A stretch of DNA of 64,000 bases. It comes from a virus (lineage: Duplodnaviria > Caudoviricetes). Every line of letters begins with the position of its first letter. The stretch's first letter is position 1. The stretch spans positions 32,001 to 96,000 of IMG/VR virus record IMGVR_UViG_3300032030_000024; one strand, given 5' to 3'. Below the pieces are notes generated by a model. The model ran no database searches and had not been told where the DNA came from. It was given only the letters and a program-made list of their open reading frames with translations. The translations under genes and the position numbers were made by a program. Shown one piece after another: positions 34,843 to 44,930 of the stretch.

Positions 34843-34962
34843 TTTTGTTTTGTTTCTGTATTCCTGTATTCTGCATGACAATTGCCACACCATTCAGTAT
34901 CACCGTTTACGTAAGCCACACAAAGCTCGCACTCACCTTTGGCATAAGCATAAGCACTCATA

Positions 34963-35259
34963 CTATTCAGTTTTGTCGTTGTACCTTACCACTACTCCAG
35001 GATGCTCCACATGGTCTACATTCGGCTCAAAATGCACTTTTCCGCTGTGCAAAGTGACGTCATGCAACTTGTTACTGTCGCCGTTGCAGTTGATATACAG
35101 CTCCCTGTCCCAGTACAGGTTGAAGTCGGGAACCTTCTGGCTCACCTCGTATATGAGGGCGTTTATCTTGTCCTTGTCCTCCGTACCCTTTATGGGAATG
35201 AGGGCGTTCAGCTGCTTGCACAGCGGCTTCATAAGCCTGTCGTAGTCTCGTCGGTTCAT
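34963..35259 (-). CDS. Hypothetical protein
   Basis: ATGA overlap with the upstream gene. Confidence 0.5.
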   Translation of the reverse strand: MNRRDYDRLMKPLCKQLNALIPIKGTEDKDKINALIYEVSQKVPDFNLYWDRELYINCNGDSNKLHDVTLHSGKVHFEPNVDHVEHPGVVVRYNDKTE

Positions 35260-35690
35260 AACTTATCTAATTTGAATCTGTAACACTTGTCATTCTCGTA
35301 GTGGCTACTGCACCATTCGCTGTTGCTCGTCGTGCCGAAGCGGTGCTGGCAGCGGTCGCAGCACGGGCCGCAGAACTTCTGCTTGCGCGTCACCGTTGGC
35401 GGCATCATGTCGAGGTATGGCCGTGCCATGATTTCAAACGTCCGCTCGTCAACGGGTTTGTCGTTGACGGCCTTGTAGTCACCATTCTCGAAAGCGGCCA
35501 TCAAATAAACTTCCTCTATCTCATCATCGAAAGGTTCGCCCTGCTTGGGGTGCGCAGTGGTCAGCACCATGTCGCGCTCGGCATCATAGCCGCGAATCTC
35601 GAAATATTCTATATCGGAATCGAACGTCGGTCGGAAGCGTCGGCCTACAACATCGGCATACTCAGCCACCTTGTCTTTTTGTTCTTTCAT
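35256..35690 (-). CDS. Hypothetical protein with a Cys-rich C-terminus
   Basis: First gene after a promoter module. Confidence 0.55.
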   Translation of the reverse strand: MKEQKDKVAEYADVVGRRFRPTFDSDIEYFEIRGYDAERDMVLTTAHPKQGEPFDDEIEEVYLMAAFENGDYKAVNDKPVDERTFEIMARPYLDMMPPTVTRKQKFCGPCCDRCQHRFGTTSNSEWCSSHYENDKCYRFKLDKL

Positions 35691-35800
35691 ACTCGTCTTA
35701 TTAAGTGCTTAATATGATACAAAGGTACGAAATATATGCAATATATGCAAACCAATAATCATTATTTAGCATATATGCCGCATATTTAGCTTTAGGTAGC
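35691..35800 (-). promoter_or_regulatory. Repeated promoter module, diverged copy
   Basis: GACGAGT-ATG start, TACCTTTG at 35720-35727, TTTAGCTTTAGGTAGC at 35785-35800. Confidence 0.6.
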
Positions 35801-35805
35801 ATATC

Positions 35806-36018
35806 CTACCACAGCGACAGCGAAATGGGGTCGTGTTTGTGCCATTTCCACTCCTTTTCCGGGTGCTTCTCCCTGTACCTCCGCTGGCATTTCTTGCAAT
35901 AAGACTGGAGCCCGTCAGCGGAAGAACGGCTGGAGTAGAAGTTGAAAGCCTCCAGCTCCTTTCCGCATGACGGGCATCGCTTCGTTTTTACGCTTTGAAA
36001 GAGGTCAGAAATCGGCAT
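35806..36018 (-). CDS. Small zinc-finger protein
   Basis: K.C..CG......F......DGL.SYCK.C. Confidence 0.55.
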   Translation of the reverse strand: MPISDLFQSVKTKRCPSCGKELEAFNFYSSRSSADGLQSYCKKCQRRYREKHPEKEWKWHKHDPISLSLW

Positions 36019-36628
36019 CAGGGTACTCTACGTCTTTCTTTTCGGGGTAGGGAAAATCACAGCCCCATAGCTCCATCATCATCTTGCGGTTGTTCTCATC
36101 GCTCGACCATACGTCCGTGCAGTCGGGTATTTCCTCGCCCTTGGCCAGCATAAACGTCTGTGTGGCCTCGTTCCACGTATAGGTGAGGTAGTAGCCCGCA
36201 AGGGCAATCTTGAACGTCTCTGAGCCTTTCAGCTTCGTCTCGATGATGCCCTGCTTCACCTCGGCGGCGTATGCGTACACCTCCTGCAAGGCGGCTGCAT
36301 AGCGTTCCTCGGCCTCCTTCTTCATGCGCTTCGCCTCCTCCAAGGCTTCTTCAAGCTCGCGCTTGCGCTGGGGTAGGGTGTTCTCCACAAGTACGCAGTA
36401 TTCCTCACGGATGGCACGTTTCTCGAAGTCATCCATCCTGCGCTCCACATACTCGTTCTCGGGGAATACGGCGGTGAACTTCGCACCGATGTACCTCATT
36501 GCGTCTCTCTTTGTCTGTGCCCCCTCCACGGCCTTGAAGTCCAGCTCTAAGGGGAACTCCTCGCGCACCACGTCGGTAAGGACGTACTCAGGCTGCGCAG
36601 GAGCATAAGTTTCCAAATCTTGTTTCAT
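36005..36628 (-). CDS. Hypothetical protein
   Basis: 207-aa acidic ORF with a central coiled coil. Confidence 0.55.
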   Translation of the reverse strand: MKQDLETYAPAQPEYVLTDVVREEFPLELDFKAVEGAQTKRDAMRYIGAKFTAVFPENEYVERRMDDFEKRAIREEYCVLVENTLPQRKRELEEALEEAKRMKKEAEERYAAALQEVYAYAAEVKQGIIETKLKGSETFKIALAGYYLTYTWNEATQTFMLAKGEEIPDCTDVWSSDENNRKMMMELWGCDFPYPEKKDVEYPDADF

Positions 36629-36629
36629 A

Positions 36630-37128
36630 CTATTCGTAATTAATAAAATTTTCCACGTCCATATAGTCTATGCCGAAGTTTTCAGCACATTTCTTGTCCG
36701 AGTCAGAGAACTGTCCTTCTTTGCCGCTTGCATCGCCTATCATAAGGCAATCCTCTTTTGTGTAATCCCTTCCAAGCCATTCATCCCATGCTTCCTGTAG
36801 CATCCCCGGATTTGGTTTTCTACGCGGGTCGGAATCCTCTAAAGATTTACAATAATAAGAGTAGCACGATATGCCAGTATATTGCGAAATAAAATACTTT
36901 ATTGCAAGTAGTTTCGCGTTAAAATCCGTCTCTGTTATATATTGCGGAATACCACCTTGGTTTGTAACGATGTTGACACAAACAAGGTCTTTCGCTATTA
37001 TTTTGATTTTGTCAAGCACTTCTTTCCTAATACGGAAATCAGTACAATCTTCAGTAAATGTTTTTTCCGCTTGCTGTTTTTATTAAAGTGCCGTCTAAGT
37101 CGGCAAACAATACTTTATACTTTTTCAT
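36630..37128 (-). pseudogene. HAD-IIIA phosphatase (PNK 3'-phosphatase-like) with a +1 frameshift
   Basis: MKKYKVLFADLDGTLIKTASGK starts at 37128; an extra A in the A6 run (37061-37066) breaks the frame to TFTEDCTDF...VTNQGG...RKPNPGM...MIGD. Confidence 0.75.
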
Positions 37129-37139
37129 TGTTTTTTGTT

Positions 37140-37592
37140 TTACATATATTCCACATAGCTTTCTATAACCTTCTGAGCGTGAAGCAAAGCCTCCTGTTCG
37201 TTAGGATTCGGCAAATACACACCTACCTCGGAGCTTGAAAACGCACGAAACCTGTCAATTGCAAGACTCATTTCAGCCGTGTCCAAGAATCGGGTACTAC
37301 GGAGCGTCTCTATTTCCATAGACTTGCCGCTTTTTCCGATATTCTTCTTGTTGCAGAATATTTCGGGGTTGCACATCTTCTTGAACACTTGTTCCTTAAC
37401 ATCGTCGAGTGTCATGCCCGTTTCGGCAGCGAATAAGCCCAAAATGACATGAAGGTATGCGTTTTGGGCCATCGTCCTCTGCGGGTGCTTCTTCTTCAGC
37501 TCCACGACACCCTCCTTGGCGGCAAGAAGGGAATCGACACGCTCACGCATCTTCTGCCTGTCGTAAGGATTACTCAACACATAGATTGCCAT
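37140..37592 (-). CDS. NinB/Orf-like recombination protein
   Basis: RT.AQNAYLH, LRST..LDT.EM..AID.FR, YLP.P. Confidence 0.6.
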   Translation of the reverse strand: MAIYVLSNPYDRQKMRERVDSLLAAKEGVVELKKKHPQRTMAQNAYLHVILGLFAAETGMTLDDVKEQVFKKMCNPEIFCNKKNIGKSGKSMEIETLRSTRFLDTAEMSLAIDRFRAFSSSEVGVYLPNPNEQEALLHAQKVIESYVEYM

Positions 37593-37595
37593 AGA

Positions 37596-38066
37596 CTACC
37601 CTCCCTGTCTTTTTTCACCGACATACATACTTCCGTTGACGATGATACCAGGCCATCGGCTTTCCTCGTCTACTTCTATCGTAACGGCTTGTTTTGCCTG
37701 CTCGAAAAGTTCTTGCAAACAACGCTTCTTTGCCTCCTTTACCATAAAGTCAACGGTGTACCTGGGAGGGCAGGGCATACCGTTACGATGTGCTATCTCT
37801 TCCTGCATCCTTGCCTCGCATACGTCACTCTCACTAAGATAAATCCGACTTTCAACCTTTACTGCGCAGAAGGTCGCTTCCTCGATGTAGATTGGCTGGT
37901 GTTCCGTTCTTGCGTAATACTCTATCGGATAGAAATAGTTGCTTGCCCTTTCAAGCCATTTGCCAAGTGCTTTCTTCCAAAGCGGTTTAACGTCTTGACC
38001 ATCCAATACGCAAGCCACCATGTAAAGCACTCCGCAAACGATACAGATTATTCCGAATGTTGTCAT
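37596..38066 (-). CDS. Hypothetical protein with an N-terminal TM segment
   Basis: Hydrophobic N-terminus. Confidence 0.5.
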   Translation of the reverse strand: MTTFGIICIVCGVLYMVACVLDGQDVKPLWKKALGKWLERASNYFYPIEYYARTEHQPIYIEEATFCAVKVESRIYLSESDVCEARMQEEIAHRNGMPCPPRYTVDFMVKEAKKRCLQELFEQAKQAVTIEVDEESRWPGIIVNGSMYVGEKRQGG

Positions 38067-38067
38067 A

Positions 38068-38349
38068 CTACAAAGCAGATAGTCTTATCTTCTGAACGTA
38101 TGTAATCTCGCCGTCATACCCGCGCAGCTTCAGCTCCTCCATAAGCTGACGCGGCGTGTACTTCGCAAGCGGACGGTCAGGGTTGGCCATCTGCCCCTTC
38201 TTCCGAAGATACGGTAGCCGCTTGTTTTCAGTGAGACAGCGCTTACACAGGTGCGAATGACCGTCACTTGCATTCTTGTTAGCGGGGAACTCCGACAGCG
38301 GAAGATACTCGCCACACTTCTTGCATTTCTTTCCTTCCATGTTGCTCAT
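38068..38349 (-). CDS. Small zinc-finger protein
   Basis: KKC..CG..LPLSEF......DG....CK.C and TPRQLMEELK.RGY.G. Confidence 0.6.
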   Translation of the reverse strand: MSNMEGKKCKKCGEYLPLSEFPANKNASDGHSHLCKRCLTENKRLPYLRKKGQMANPDRPLAKYTPRQLMEELKLRGYDGEITYVQKIRLSAL

Positions 38350-38401
38350 TGGTTATTAGTTAAGGACTGCCCGCCTTTCAGCAAGGCAGTCCGTGGGTAC
38401 G

Positions 38402-38986
38402 TTAAAATGGTAACTGCGAGTCGTCCTGTGCGTTATTCTGCGGTGCAGGTGCAGCCTGTGGTACAGTGGTAGGAGCAGGTGCAGGAGCAGGTGCTGCCTG
38501 TACGGGTGCGGGTGCAGTTGGAGCCTGCGGTGCTTGGGGAGCCTGTGCGACTTGCCCACCGTCCACGCGCTCGATGCCGAAGCCTATCACGTCGTTGAAG
38601 TATTTGCCCTGATACTCTCGACCCGTCAAGCGGAACTTCACCTCCACCTTCTCACCGACGGCAAAGCCGTTGAGGTCATCACAGTGCTTCTGCGTGAAGC
38701 TCAACTGCACGTAGTTCTCAATCTTCGTCCCGTCATCGGGGTTGTAGCGGGAACAGTCAAGGACAAGCTCGCGCTTCAGGAACTCGTTGCCTGTCTTGGA
38801 TACGTTCACCGTCTGTCCGACGGCCTTTATCGTGCCTGTCACGCTGTTGCCCGCAGCGCTCTGCTTCAGAATGTTCAGCGTTGCGGAAACGAGGCCGTTC
38901 AGGGCTTGGTTGTTAAGCTGGTTAAGCATACTTGCAAGGCCGCTCTGCTTGCAAGCCTCACGGAATTTTAATTCAATGTTTGCCAT
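38402..38986 (-). CDS. DUF3127-family SSB-like protein
   Basis: OB-fold-like core (F.KRELVL, V.V.F.L.GREY.GKYFN), Pro/Ala/Gln linker, acidic tail ending DDSQLPF. Confidence 0.75.
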   Translation of the reverse strand: MANIELKFREACKQSGLASMLNQLNNQALNGLVSATLNILKQSAAGNSVTGTIKAVGQTVNVSKTGNEFLKRELVLDCSRYNPDDGTKIENYVQLSFTQKHCDDLNGFAVGEKVEVKFRLTGREYQGKYFNDVIGFGIERVDGGQVAQAPQAPQAPTAPAPVQAAPAPAPAPTTVPQAAPAPQNNAQDDSQLPF

Positions 38987-39126
38987 ATTTGTTTTACTTT
39001 AATACTTTTAGAATAATCTTCCATCCACTTGTCGCAGTGTTCCACTCTTGGGTGGTTATCTTACCCAGCGACAAAGCATTAAAAAGCTTCTCGACCACTT
39101 CGGTAGTTTTTATTGTATTTGCCATA

Positions 39127-40008
39127 TTAAGCTGCTTTTTTCTCACCACCTAAGATTTTTTCGTCTTTTATGAGGTGCCTATTGTTAATAAGGAACTGCG
39201 CGAACTGCTGACATATCCCGCGCAGCATCTTCGTACTACGCTCGTGGTCGTAGGTATATACCTCTGGGTACATGTCACCGTAGAGCAGAGGGGAACGCGT
39301 CGTACCGCCCTTCATGGCGAAGGCAGTGAACTCGAACGCCGTAATGTCCGTACACTTGCCGCTCTCAATCAAGGCGTAGGGGTACACATGCTGCTGCCAA
39401 TACTTGGCATACTTGCCGAACTCATACCTGCTCGTGGTCTTTAGGTCATAGACCATATCACCGCGCACATAGTCGGGATAGCCGTACAGGAGCACCGTGC
39501 CGTAATCGGTCTCAATGGGAGCCTCGACGTATATCTGACACAGGGAATCCTCAAAGTACTTCGCGAGCTGCTTGCAGAACTCGATGTCGAAGTAGAACTC
39601 GTTGTCGCCCTTCTTGGCGTATATGCACGGCTGCTTGATTGTCTCAAACCACCGCTCGTAGGCCAGCGGCTTGTTGTTCACCATGTCCCAAGCACCATCC
39701 TCGCACATCTTCTCGAAGGATGCGAGCGTCTTTACCTTGATGTCATCCCGTGTGCTCTTGGTACGCATGACGATGCAGTCCACCACCTCATTCAAACATG
39801 AGCCCCGGTCAGCTGCTTCGCTCTCAAAGGGCACTCTGTTGATTTTATCAATGAGTTCTTGGAACTGCTTCTGCTCGTACTCCTCGCACGTCAACGAGGG
39901 TTCTTCGGTCGAACCGAAGAACTTCTCGTATAACACGTCGCTGTCGAGGAAATCCTGAAAAGATTGCAACAGCGATGGTGTAAACTTGAAAGCAAACTGC
40001 TTGTTCAT
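39127..40008 (-). CDS. PD-(D/E)xK (Cas4/RecB-like) exonuclease
   Basis: AADRG, LYGYPD, VYDLKTT, Q.HVY motifs; adjacent to the Sak4-like ATPase and SSB-like genes. Confidence 0.65.
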   Translation of the reverse strand: MNKQFAFKFTPSLLQSFQDFLDSDVLYEKFFGSTEEPSLTCEEYEQKQFQELIDKINRVPFESEAADRGSCLNEVVDCIVMRTKSTRDDIKVKTLASFEKMCEDGAWDMVNNKPLAYERWFETIKQPCIYAKKGDNEFYFDIEFCKQLAKYFEDSLCQIYVEAPIETDYGTVLLYGYPDYVRGDMVYDLKTTSRYEFGKYAKYWQQHVYPYALIESGKCTDITAFEFTAFAMKGGTTRSPLLYGDMYPEVYTYDHERSTKMLRGICQQFAQFLINNRHLIKDEKILGGEKKAA

Positions 40009-40988
40009 GCTACAGCCTCGTATTTATTGTCGATAGCGTTGAACTTCAGCCCAAGCTCGCCACACTTGGCGGCAAGCAGCTTCTCAGTACGCAGCTTGGA
40101 ATCCCACACGTGCTTGGCGTAGGTCTCAATCTTCTCAAAGACCTTGTTGGCACTCTCGGCATCCTTCACCTCGGCAATGCCCTTGCCAAAGGAATCAAGC
40201 AGTTTGTCGTATGTCGCACGGGTGTTGGCCGTATTCTTCAAGTTACCCTCGAAGATGGCAAACACATTTGTCAGGAAGTTATTCTCACCGATGATATTGC
40301 CCTGTTCGTCAATATTGGTGGCAACGGCATGAACAGGAGGCAGGTTGCAGGTGTTCTTGCCGTAGAACTTCTGCGTCGGCGACCAGCTCACGGTACGGTC
40401 AACGATGATAACGTGCTTGCCGTCCTTCGTGGCCTCGTAGGAGAACGACTGCATATATCCGACAAGGTCAAGCTCCTTGATAAGGTCACCAGCGGAACTA
40501 CCGCCGATTTCGGGACGGATAACCTTTATCTCGCCCTCCTTCTCCTCACGCTCATGGGCTACAAACACAAGGTGCTTGCCCATGATAGCTACACGCTTAA
40601 GGAAATTGATGAACATACTCTTGCGGACACCGTAGCCTTGCAGGGTCAGCGAACCGTCTGCCTTGCCATACTTCGGCTGGCTCTTGATGATGTCGGCTCC
40701 CATGTAGTCGAGCATCTTGCCTGCCGTGTCGATTACGATGGTATCGCAGGGAAACTCGCCCTTCTCAATTTCTGCGAGGGCATCATTTACCTGTGTCCAG
40801 TTCTCCACCTGCAAGGTAGGAACTTGGAAAGCACCGTTCACGCGCTGCACACCGCCGTCAAAGTCCAAGAGGACAGGGTTTGGAGCGGAAAGTGCCAATG
40901 ATGACTTGCCAACACCAGGTTGACCGTAAATCAAGGCTTTTACCTTGGGGCTGACCTTCAAGTCAGCGGGCTTACTAAAAAGACTCAT
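40005..40988 (-). CDS. AAA_24/Sak4-like ATPase (recombinase)
   Basis: LIYGQPGVGKS, LLDFDGG, IVIDT, FVAH, DLVGY. Confidence 0.8.
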   Translation of the reverse strand: MSLFSKPADLKVSPKVKALIYGQPGVGKSSLALSAPNPVLLDFDGGVQRVNGAFQVPTLQVENWTQVNDALAEIEKGEFPCDTIVIDTAGKMLDYMGADIIKSQPKYGKADGSLTLQGYGVRKSMFINFLKRVAIMGKHLVFVAHEREEKEGEIKVIRPEIGGSSAGDLIKELDLVGYMQSFSYEATKDGKHVIIVDRTVSWSPTQKFYGKNTCNLPPVHAVATNIDEQGNIIGENNFLTNVFAIFEGNLKNTANTRATYDKLLDSFGKGIAEVKDAESANKVFEKIETYAKHVWDSKLRTEKLLAAKCGELGLKFNAIDNKYEAVA

Positions 40989-41021
40989 AATACATTAAAA
41001 ATTAAAGGGTGAAACCTAAGT

Positions 41022-41567
41022 TTATTGAAAAATATTGTTGTCTTTCGCATACTTCACGAACTCCGCACGGTTTCTCGCGCCAACCTTGATATAAGAGGTG
41101 CTGACATGCCGTTTGACCGTGTTCGGGGAAAGGTACAGCTCGCTTGCTATCTCCGCATTGCTGCGCCCCTCGCATACGAGCCGCATGACGCGTTTCTCGG
41201 CCTCACTGAGCCGCGAATCCATCTTAGGCATACAGATGATGCCCTCATACTGACACTCACCACGTAGAGGGCAGGAAACGCGCTCAAAGTTGAACGCACC
41301 GCAGTCTATGTCCTCCTTGGTGTGGTCGAGCGTACCGAAGTTGCACTTGCAGAACCGTCGCGCACGTAGATATTTATAATAAGGTATGTTAAAGGAACTG
41401 CTCCTGTAGCAGTCCTCTAAAGCCTTCGCTGCCTGCGGGTACATGTCACCCACCTCGTCCAGCAGCTCGCTCACAATCTGCGAACCCTCCTCAAGGCGGG
41501 AAGCACCGTTGGCATCCTTGTACCATACCTCGGTATCGTCCGTGTAGAACTCAATCACTCGCTCCAT
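41022..41567 (-). CDS. LuxR-type HTH regulator
   Basis: C-terminal LSEAEKRV..L..EG.SN.EIA.ELYLSPNTVK.H; Cys cluster upstream. Confidence 0.8.
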   Translation of the reverse strand: MERVIEFYTDDTEVWYKDANGASRLEEGSQIVSELLDEVGDMYPQAAKALEDCYRSSSFNIPYYKYLRARRFCKCNFGTLDHTKEDIDCGAFNFERVSCPLRGECQYEGIICMPKMDSRLSEAEKRVMRLVCEGRSNAEIASELYLSPNTVKRHVSTSYIKVGARNRAEFVKYAKDNNIFQ

Positions 41568-41782
41568 AGCTCATCCTCATCTATGCCAGTCAGCTTCACA
41601 AGTACCTTAACATCCGCATACGTATGCGGACGTATGCCATATAAGCACCAATTCCGAACCGTCTGCTCAGACTTGCCCGTCTGCGCCATAACCTCGCTGA
41701 TAAAGGCTTGGAGAGGCGTTTTCTGCTCGGAAAGCTGCCTGAAGTAGCACTTTAGGGTCATTTTTTCTTTTTTTTTCTCCAT
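41555..41782 (-). CDS. Cro-like HTH protein
   Basis: Divergent from the repressor; KSEQTVRNW..G..P. Confidence 0.6.
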   Translation of the reverse strand: MEKKKEKMTLKCYFRQLSEQKTPLQAFISEVMAQTGKSEQTVRNWCLYGIRPHTYADVKVLVKLTGIDEDELWSE

Positions 41783-41916
41783 TTTATTTGATTATAAAAT
41801 TATTTTTACTACTTTTGTGCTCGATAATAAATATTTTTATGCAAAGGTATAAACAATATGCGTGATATGCAAGCAAATGCGCATATATTTAGCTTTATTT
41901 AATAAATAAATACATC

Positions 41917-42312
41917 ATGGAGTTTAGATTAAAGGATTTTAGGGAGGCGCAAAAAAAATTCCAGTCGGACATGGCCGCTGTCCTTGGGATAAACCAGTCT
42001 AACGTATCGCGTATGGAACTGAAGGGCGTATGCATCATTTCTTACCAGCAATACAAGGCATTGTGCGATAATTTCGGGAAGGAGGCCGTTGAAAAGTTCG
42101 TGGTGAGGGATAACGAGCAGGCCGTGGTTGTTGCCAACAACAAGAACGAGGGAAACGGTACGCAGGACAACAGCGTGAACATAAGCGACGCAGACGCGAT
42201 GGCCGTAATCCACACGCAGGCGAAAGCGTTGTCCGACGCTCTCAGGAAACAGTCGGAACAGGCCGACCGTATGATGACCTTGCTGGAGAAACTAACGGAG
42301 AAGCTGTCATGA
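41917..42312 (+). CDS. XRE-family (CI-like) repressor
   Basis: LK.FR......QSDMA.VLGINQSNVSRME; divergent arrangement next to the integrase. Confidence 0.7.
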   Translation: MEFRLKDFREAQKKFQSDMAAVLGINQSNVSRMELKGVCIISYQQYKALCDNFGKEAVEKFVVRDNEQAVVVANNKNEGNGTQDNSVNISDADAMAVIHTQAKALSDALRKQSEQADRMMTLLEKLTEKLS

Positions 42313-42590
42313 GCAGGAACATCGGTGACACAGAGACGGCAATTGCCGACAGGTTCTTCTACGCCATTGAAGAGCTGCACAGGCGCAGGGTCATTCGCGG
42401 GCTACAGACCTTCACACGCAGGCACGGGCTGAACTACGGCAACATGAACACCCTTAAGAACAACCGCGAGAGACATTCCGTGAAGACGGAGTATCTATCA
42501 TGGCTGGCACAGGACTACGGTGTGTCGTGTGAGTGGCTTCTGCTCGGTAACGGGGAAATGTTCGTGGAGGGCTCACCTGCCCTTTATTGA
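42309..42590 (+). CDS. HTH-like protein
   Basis: YGVS.EWLLLG.GEM; ATGA overlap with the repressor. Confidence 0.6.
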   Translation: MSRNIGDTETAIADRFFYAIEELHRRRVIRGLQTFTRRHGLNYGNMNTLKNNRERHSVKTEYLSWLAQDYGVSCEWLLLGNGEMFVEGSPALY

Positions 42591-42851
42591 CAGCAGCTCG
42601 TTCTCGTCAAAGTACACGCATCCCCCAATATGCCGTGTGTGCAGTATTCCCGCCTTGGCATAAGCGTCGATGGTCGGGAGTGAGCGGCCTATCAGACGTG
42701 CCGCGTCCTTCCTTCGCACAAGAACTGGCGGCTTCGCCTTGACGCGCTCGTAGAACTCCTGCATACGCTTATCCACGGCACGGCTGACCATAGCCTCTAT
42801 GTCTGCAAGGGTAGCGCCTTGTATAAGTACGGCATTGCTAATATTATCCAT
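42573..42851 (-). CDS. Excisionase-like HTH protein (likely start MDNISNAV)
   Basis: R.DAA.LIG.SLPTI..Y...G.L....IGG.VYF; TACCTTTG promoter just upstream. Confidence 0.65.
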   Translation of the reverse strand: MDNISNAVLIQGATLADIEAMVSRAVDKRMQEFYERVKAKPPVLVRRKDAARLIGRSLPTIDAYAKAGILHTRHIGGCVYFDENELLSIKGR

Positions 42852-43181
42852 ATCTTTGCTTTTATTTTCCGCAAAGGTATGCGAAAATATGCTGCATATA
42901 ACAAATATATGCAAAGATTTAATCAAAATTTGCTGTTTAGTATTTTGTAGACAAATATATTTAACGTTTCGAGCGTCATACCCTTGTAAACCCAGCATTT
43001 GGACGGTGACTCAGTCGCCCCAGCCTTACGGGTTGCCTCCATGATGGTACACACCTCCCCGTTGAAAATCACAAGGCCGTCAACGGTGGTGGTGACAAAC
43101 ACCTTCGGATTCCGTCGCAGGGACAGATGCCTGTCCGCGCCTATAGCCTGTATGGGCGCATCAGGAGCAATGGAGGCGAAC

Positions 43182-44432
43182 TTACACATTCCCGCTCTCC
43201 CTCCAGTGCTTGGCCAGCAGCTCCGCATGCTCCTCGCGCGTTACCTTTATGTATTTCAGGAATGCCGCCTCCGTCCTGTGCCCTGTAATGGCCATGATGG
43301 AAATGGATGGGAAGCCTGACTTGTACAGGTTCGTGGCAAAGCTGCGCCTTGCGGTATGGGCAGACACAAGCTGCCATTTCTCATAGTTGGTGGTTATGCG
43401 CCGCCCGCCCTTCGTGATGGACTTCTGAACCACCGTCCTTATCCTTGCCGCCTTGCAGACAAGCTTCACATACTCGTTGAACTTCTGGTTGCTGATGACC
43501 CTCGGCAGTTTCCCGTCGTACCTGTCCCATATCCTCCTGAACTCAGGATGCACGGGTATGACAACGGGCTTGTCGGTCTTATGCTGCCTGAGCGTTATCA
43601 TGTCACCCGATATGTTCACGGGGCTAAGGCTTGACAGGTCGGAGAAGCGCAAGCCCGTCCAGCAGTCGGCGATGAAGAGGTCACGCACCCTCTCCAGCTT
43701 CGGATGCCGCCGCAGGTTACAACGTGCCACCCTGCCAAGCTCCTCGCCGTCAAGGGCAACGGTGTCGCTCTCCTCCGCAATGGCACGGAAGGACTTGTAT
43801 TTGATGTTATCAGTAAGCCCACGGCTGTATGCGGCCTCCATCAGGGCTTTCAGGAAGGTGATCTTGTTCCCGATGGTGTTCGTCGCGAGGTTGAGCGACT
43901 GAAGGTAAGCCACGAAGTCCTCGTAGAAGTTCATGTCTATCTTGTCAAACTCAAGACGTACCTTCCTGTCCCTCTCATACTCCTCAATATAATATAATGT
44001 ACGCGCGTACTCACGCTTGCCTTTATAGCTTATCGTCTGACCCCCTCTCTGCCCGTTGAGCCTCGTATCGCAAAGCTTAATATAGTAGTTGAAGAAGGAA
44101 TGGAAGTCGTCGTTGGACTGCTTCTTCTTGAAATGCCTGTCTAAGAGCTCTTTGAGCGCATCCTTGTTGAGCGGCAGGCCGTCGCGCGACGCATCTATTA
44201 TATACTGCTCTATCAGTGTGCCGATGGCAGACAGCGCGGAATTGACCTCGTCCGTGTACCTGCAATAGCGTGAGGGCTTCACCCGCATGCGCTCCGCATC
44301 CCAGAACAGTGCCTCCACCTTAAGCGGGGTGGCATAGCATAGCTTCTCATTCCGTCCGAAACGGTATGATATATATATCGTCTGCGGCAACTCCTGTTCG
44401 GGTTGCCTTATCAAGAACTTAATGTTTGCCAT
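43182..44432 (-). CDS. int: Tyrosine integrase
   Basis: TGLRFSD, K, HTARRSFAT, ITGH and catalytic Y (KYIK); Bacteroidales arm-binding N-terminus. Confidence 0.92.
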   Translation of the reverse strand: MANIKFLIRQPEQELPQTIYISYRFGRNEKLCYATPLKVEALFWDAERMRVKPSRYCRYTDEVNSALSAIGTLIEQYIIDASRDGLPLNKDALKELLDRHFKKKQSNDDFHSFFNYYIKLCDTRLNGQRGGQTISYKGKREYARTLYYIEEYERDRKVRLEFDKIDMNFYEDFVAYLQSLNLATNTIGNKITFLKALMEAAYSRGLTDNIKYKSFRAIAEESDTVALDGEELGRVARCNLRRHPKLERVRDLFIADCWTGLRFSDLSSLSPVNISGDMITLRQHKTDKPVVIPVHPEFRRIWDRYDGKLPRVISNQKFNEYVKLVCKAARIRTVVQKSITKGGRRITTNYEKWQLVSAHTARRSFATNLYKSGFPSISIMAITGHRTEAAFLKYIKVTREEHAELLAKHWRESGNV

Positions 44433-44469
44433 AAGAGATATTCCTGCGGCAAAGATAGCAAAAAAAAAG

Positions 44470-44709
44470 CTGTTCCGTTTTTGTTCCGCTAAATTTTGGT
44501 TTTTCTTTCTTTTTTTTAATTTTTATTGGTATCTTTGCAACACCAAAAATGTGGAAAACCGCCCTATTTACGGGATTTTCACAAAAATTGGCAAAGTATT
44601 GAAAAAGCAGGTGGGAGTCCTGTCACCTCGACAACAGAAAATACGTAAGTGGCTGACAAACATAGCGTTAGCCACTTTTCTTTTGCCTCTCTGTTCCGTT
44701 TTTGTTCCG
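44470..44709. other. Putative attP
   Basis: Identical 19-bp CTGTTCCGTTTTTGTTCCG at 44470-44488 and 44691-44709 flanking GAGTCCTGTCACCTCGACA (44615-44633, like a tRNA-Pro 3' end) and a hairpin at 44647-44677. Confidence 0.65.
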
Positions 44710-44786
44710 TTTGACTGTTAATATTTGTTACAAACCCTATCTTACACTCTCTTTTCTCCGTTGCCGTAGAGCAGGCAGATGACAAC

Positions 44787-44823
44787 AAAAAACGGGGTGG
44801 CTGTCCGTCACGGATGGCCACCC
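44787..44823 (-). terminator. Intrinsic terminator after the lysis genes
   Basis: GGGTGGCCATCCG-TGA-CGGACAGCCACCC followed by a T-run on the minus strand. Confidence 0.65.
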
Positions 44824-44930
44824 GGCACCTAACTAAAAAAAATAAAAACACTCGATTCCTGCCGCCGCAGGGAAACAATAAAAACACCTAATACTAACAT
44901 TCTATAAAAGCAAACATTCATGCGCGATGG

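Noticed and set aside
38430-38550. GCAGGTGCAGGA-like repeats
   Set aside because: They encode the Pro/Ala linker of the SSB-like protein; ordinary low complexity.
39127-40008. Cas4-like nuclease as part of a CRISPR system
   Set aside because: It sits in a standard Sak4/SSB recombination module, with no array or other cas genes.
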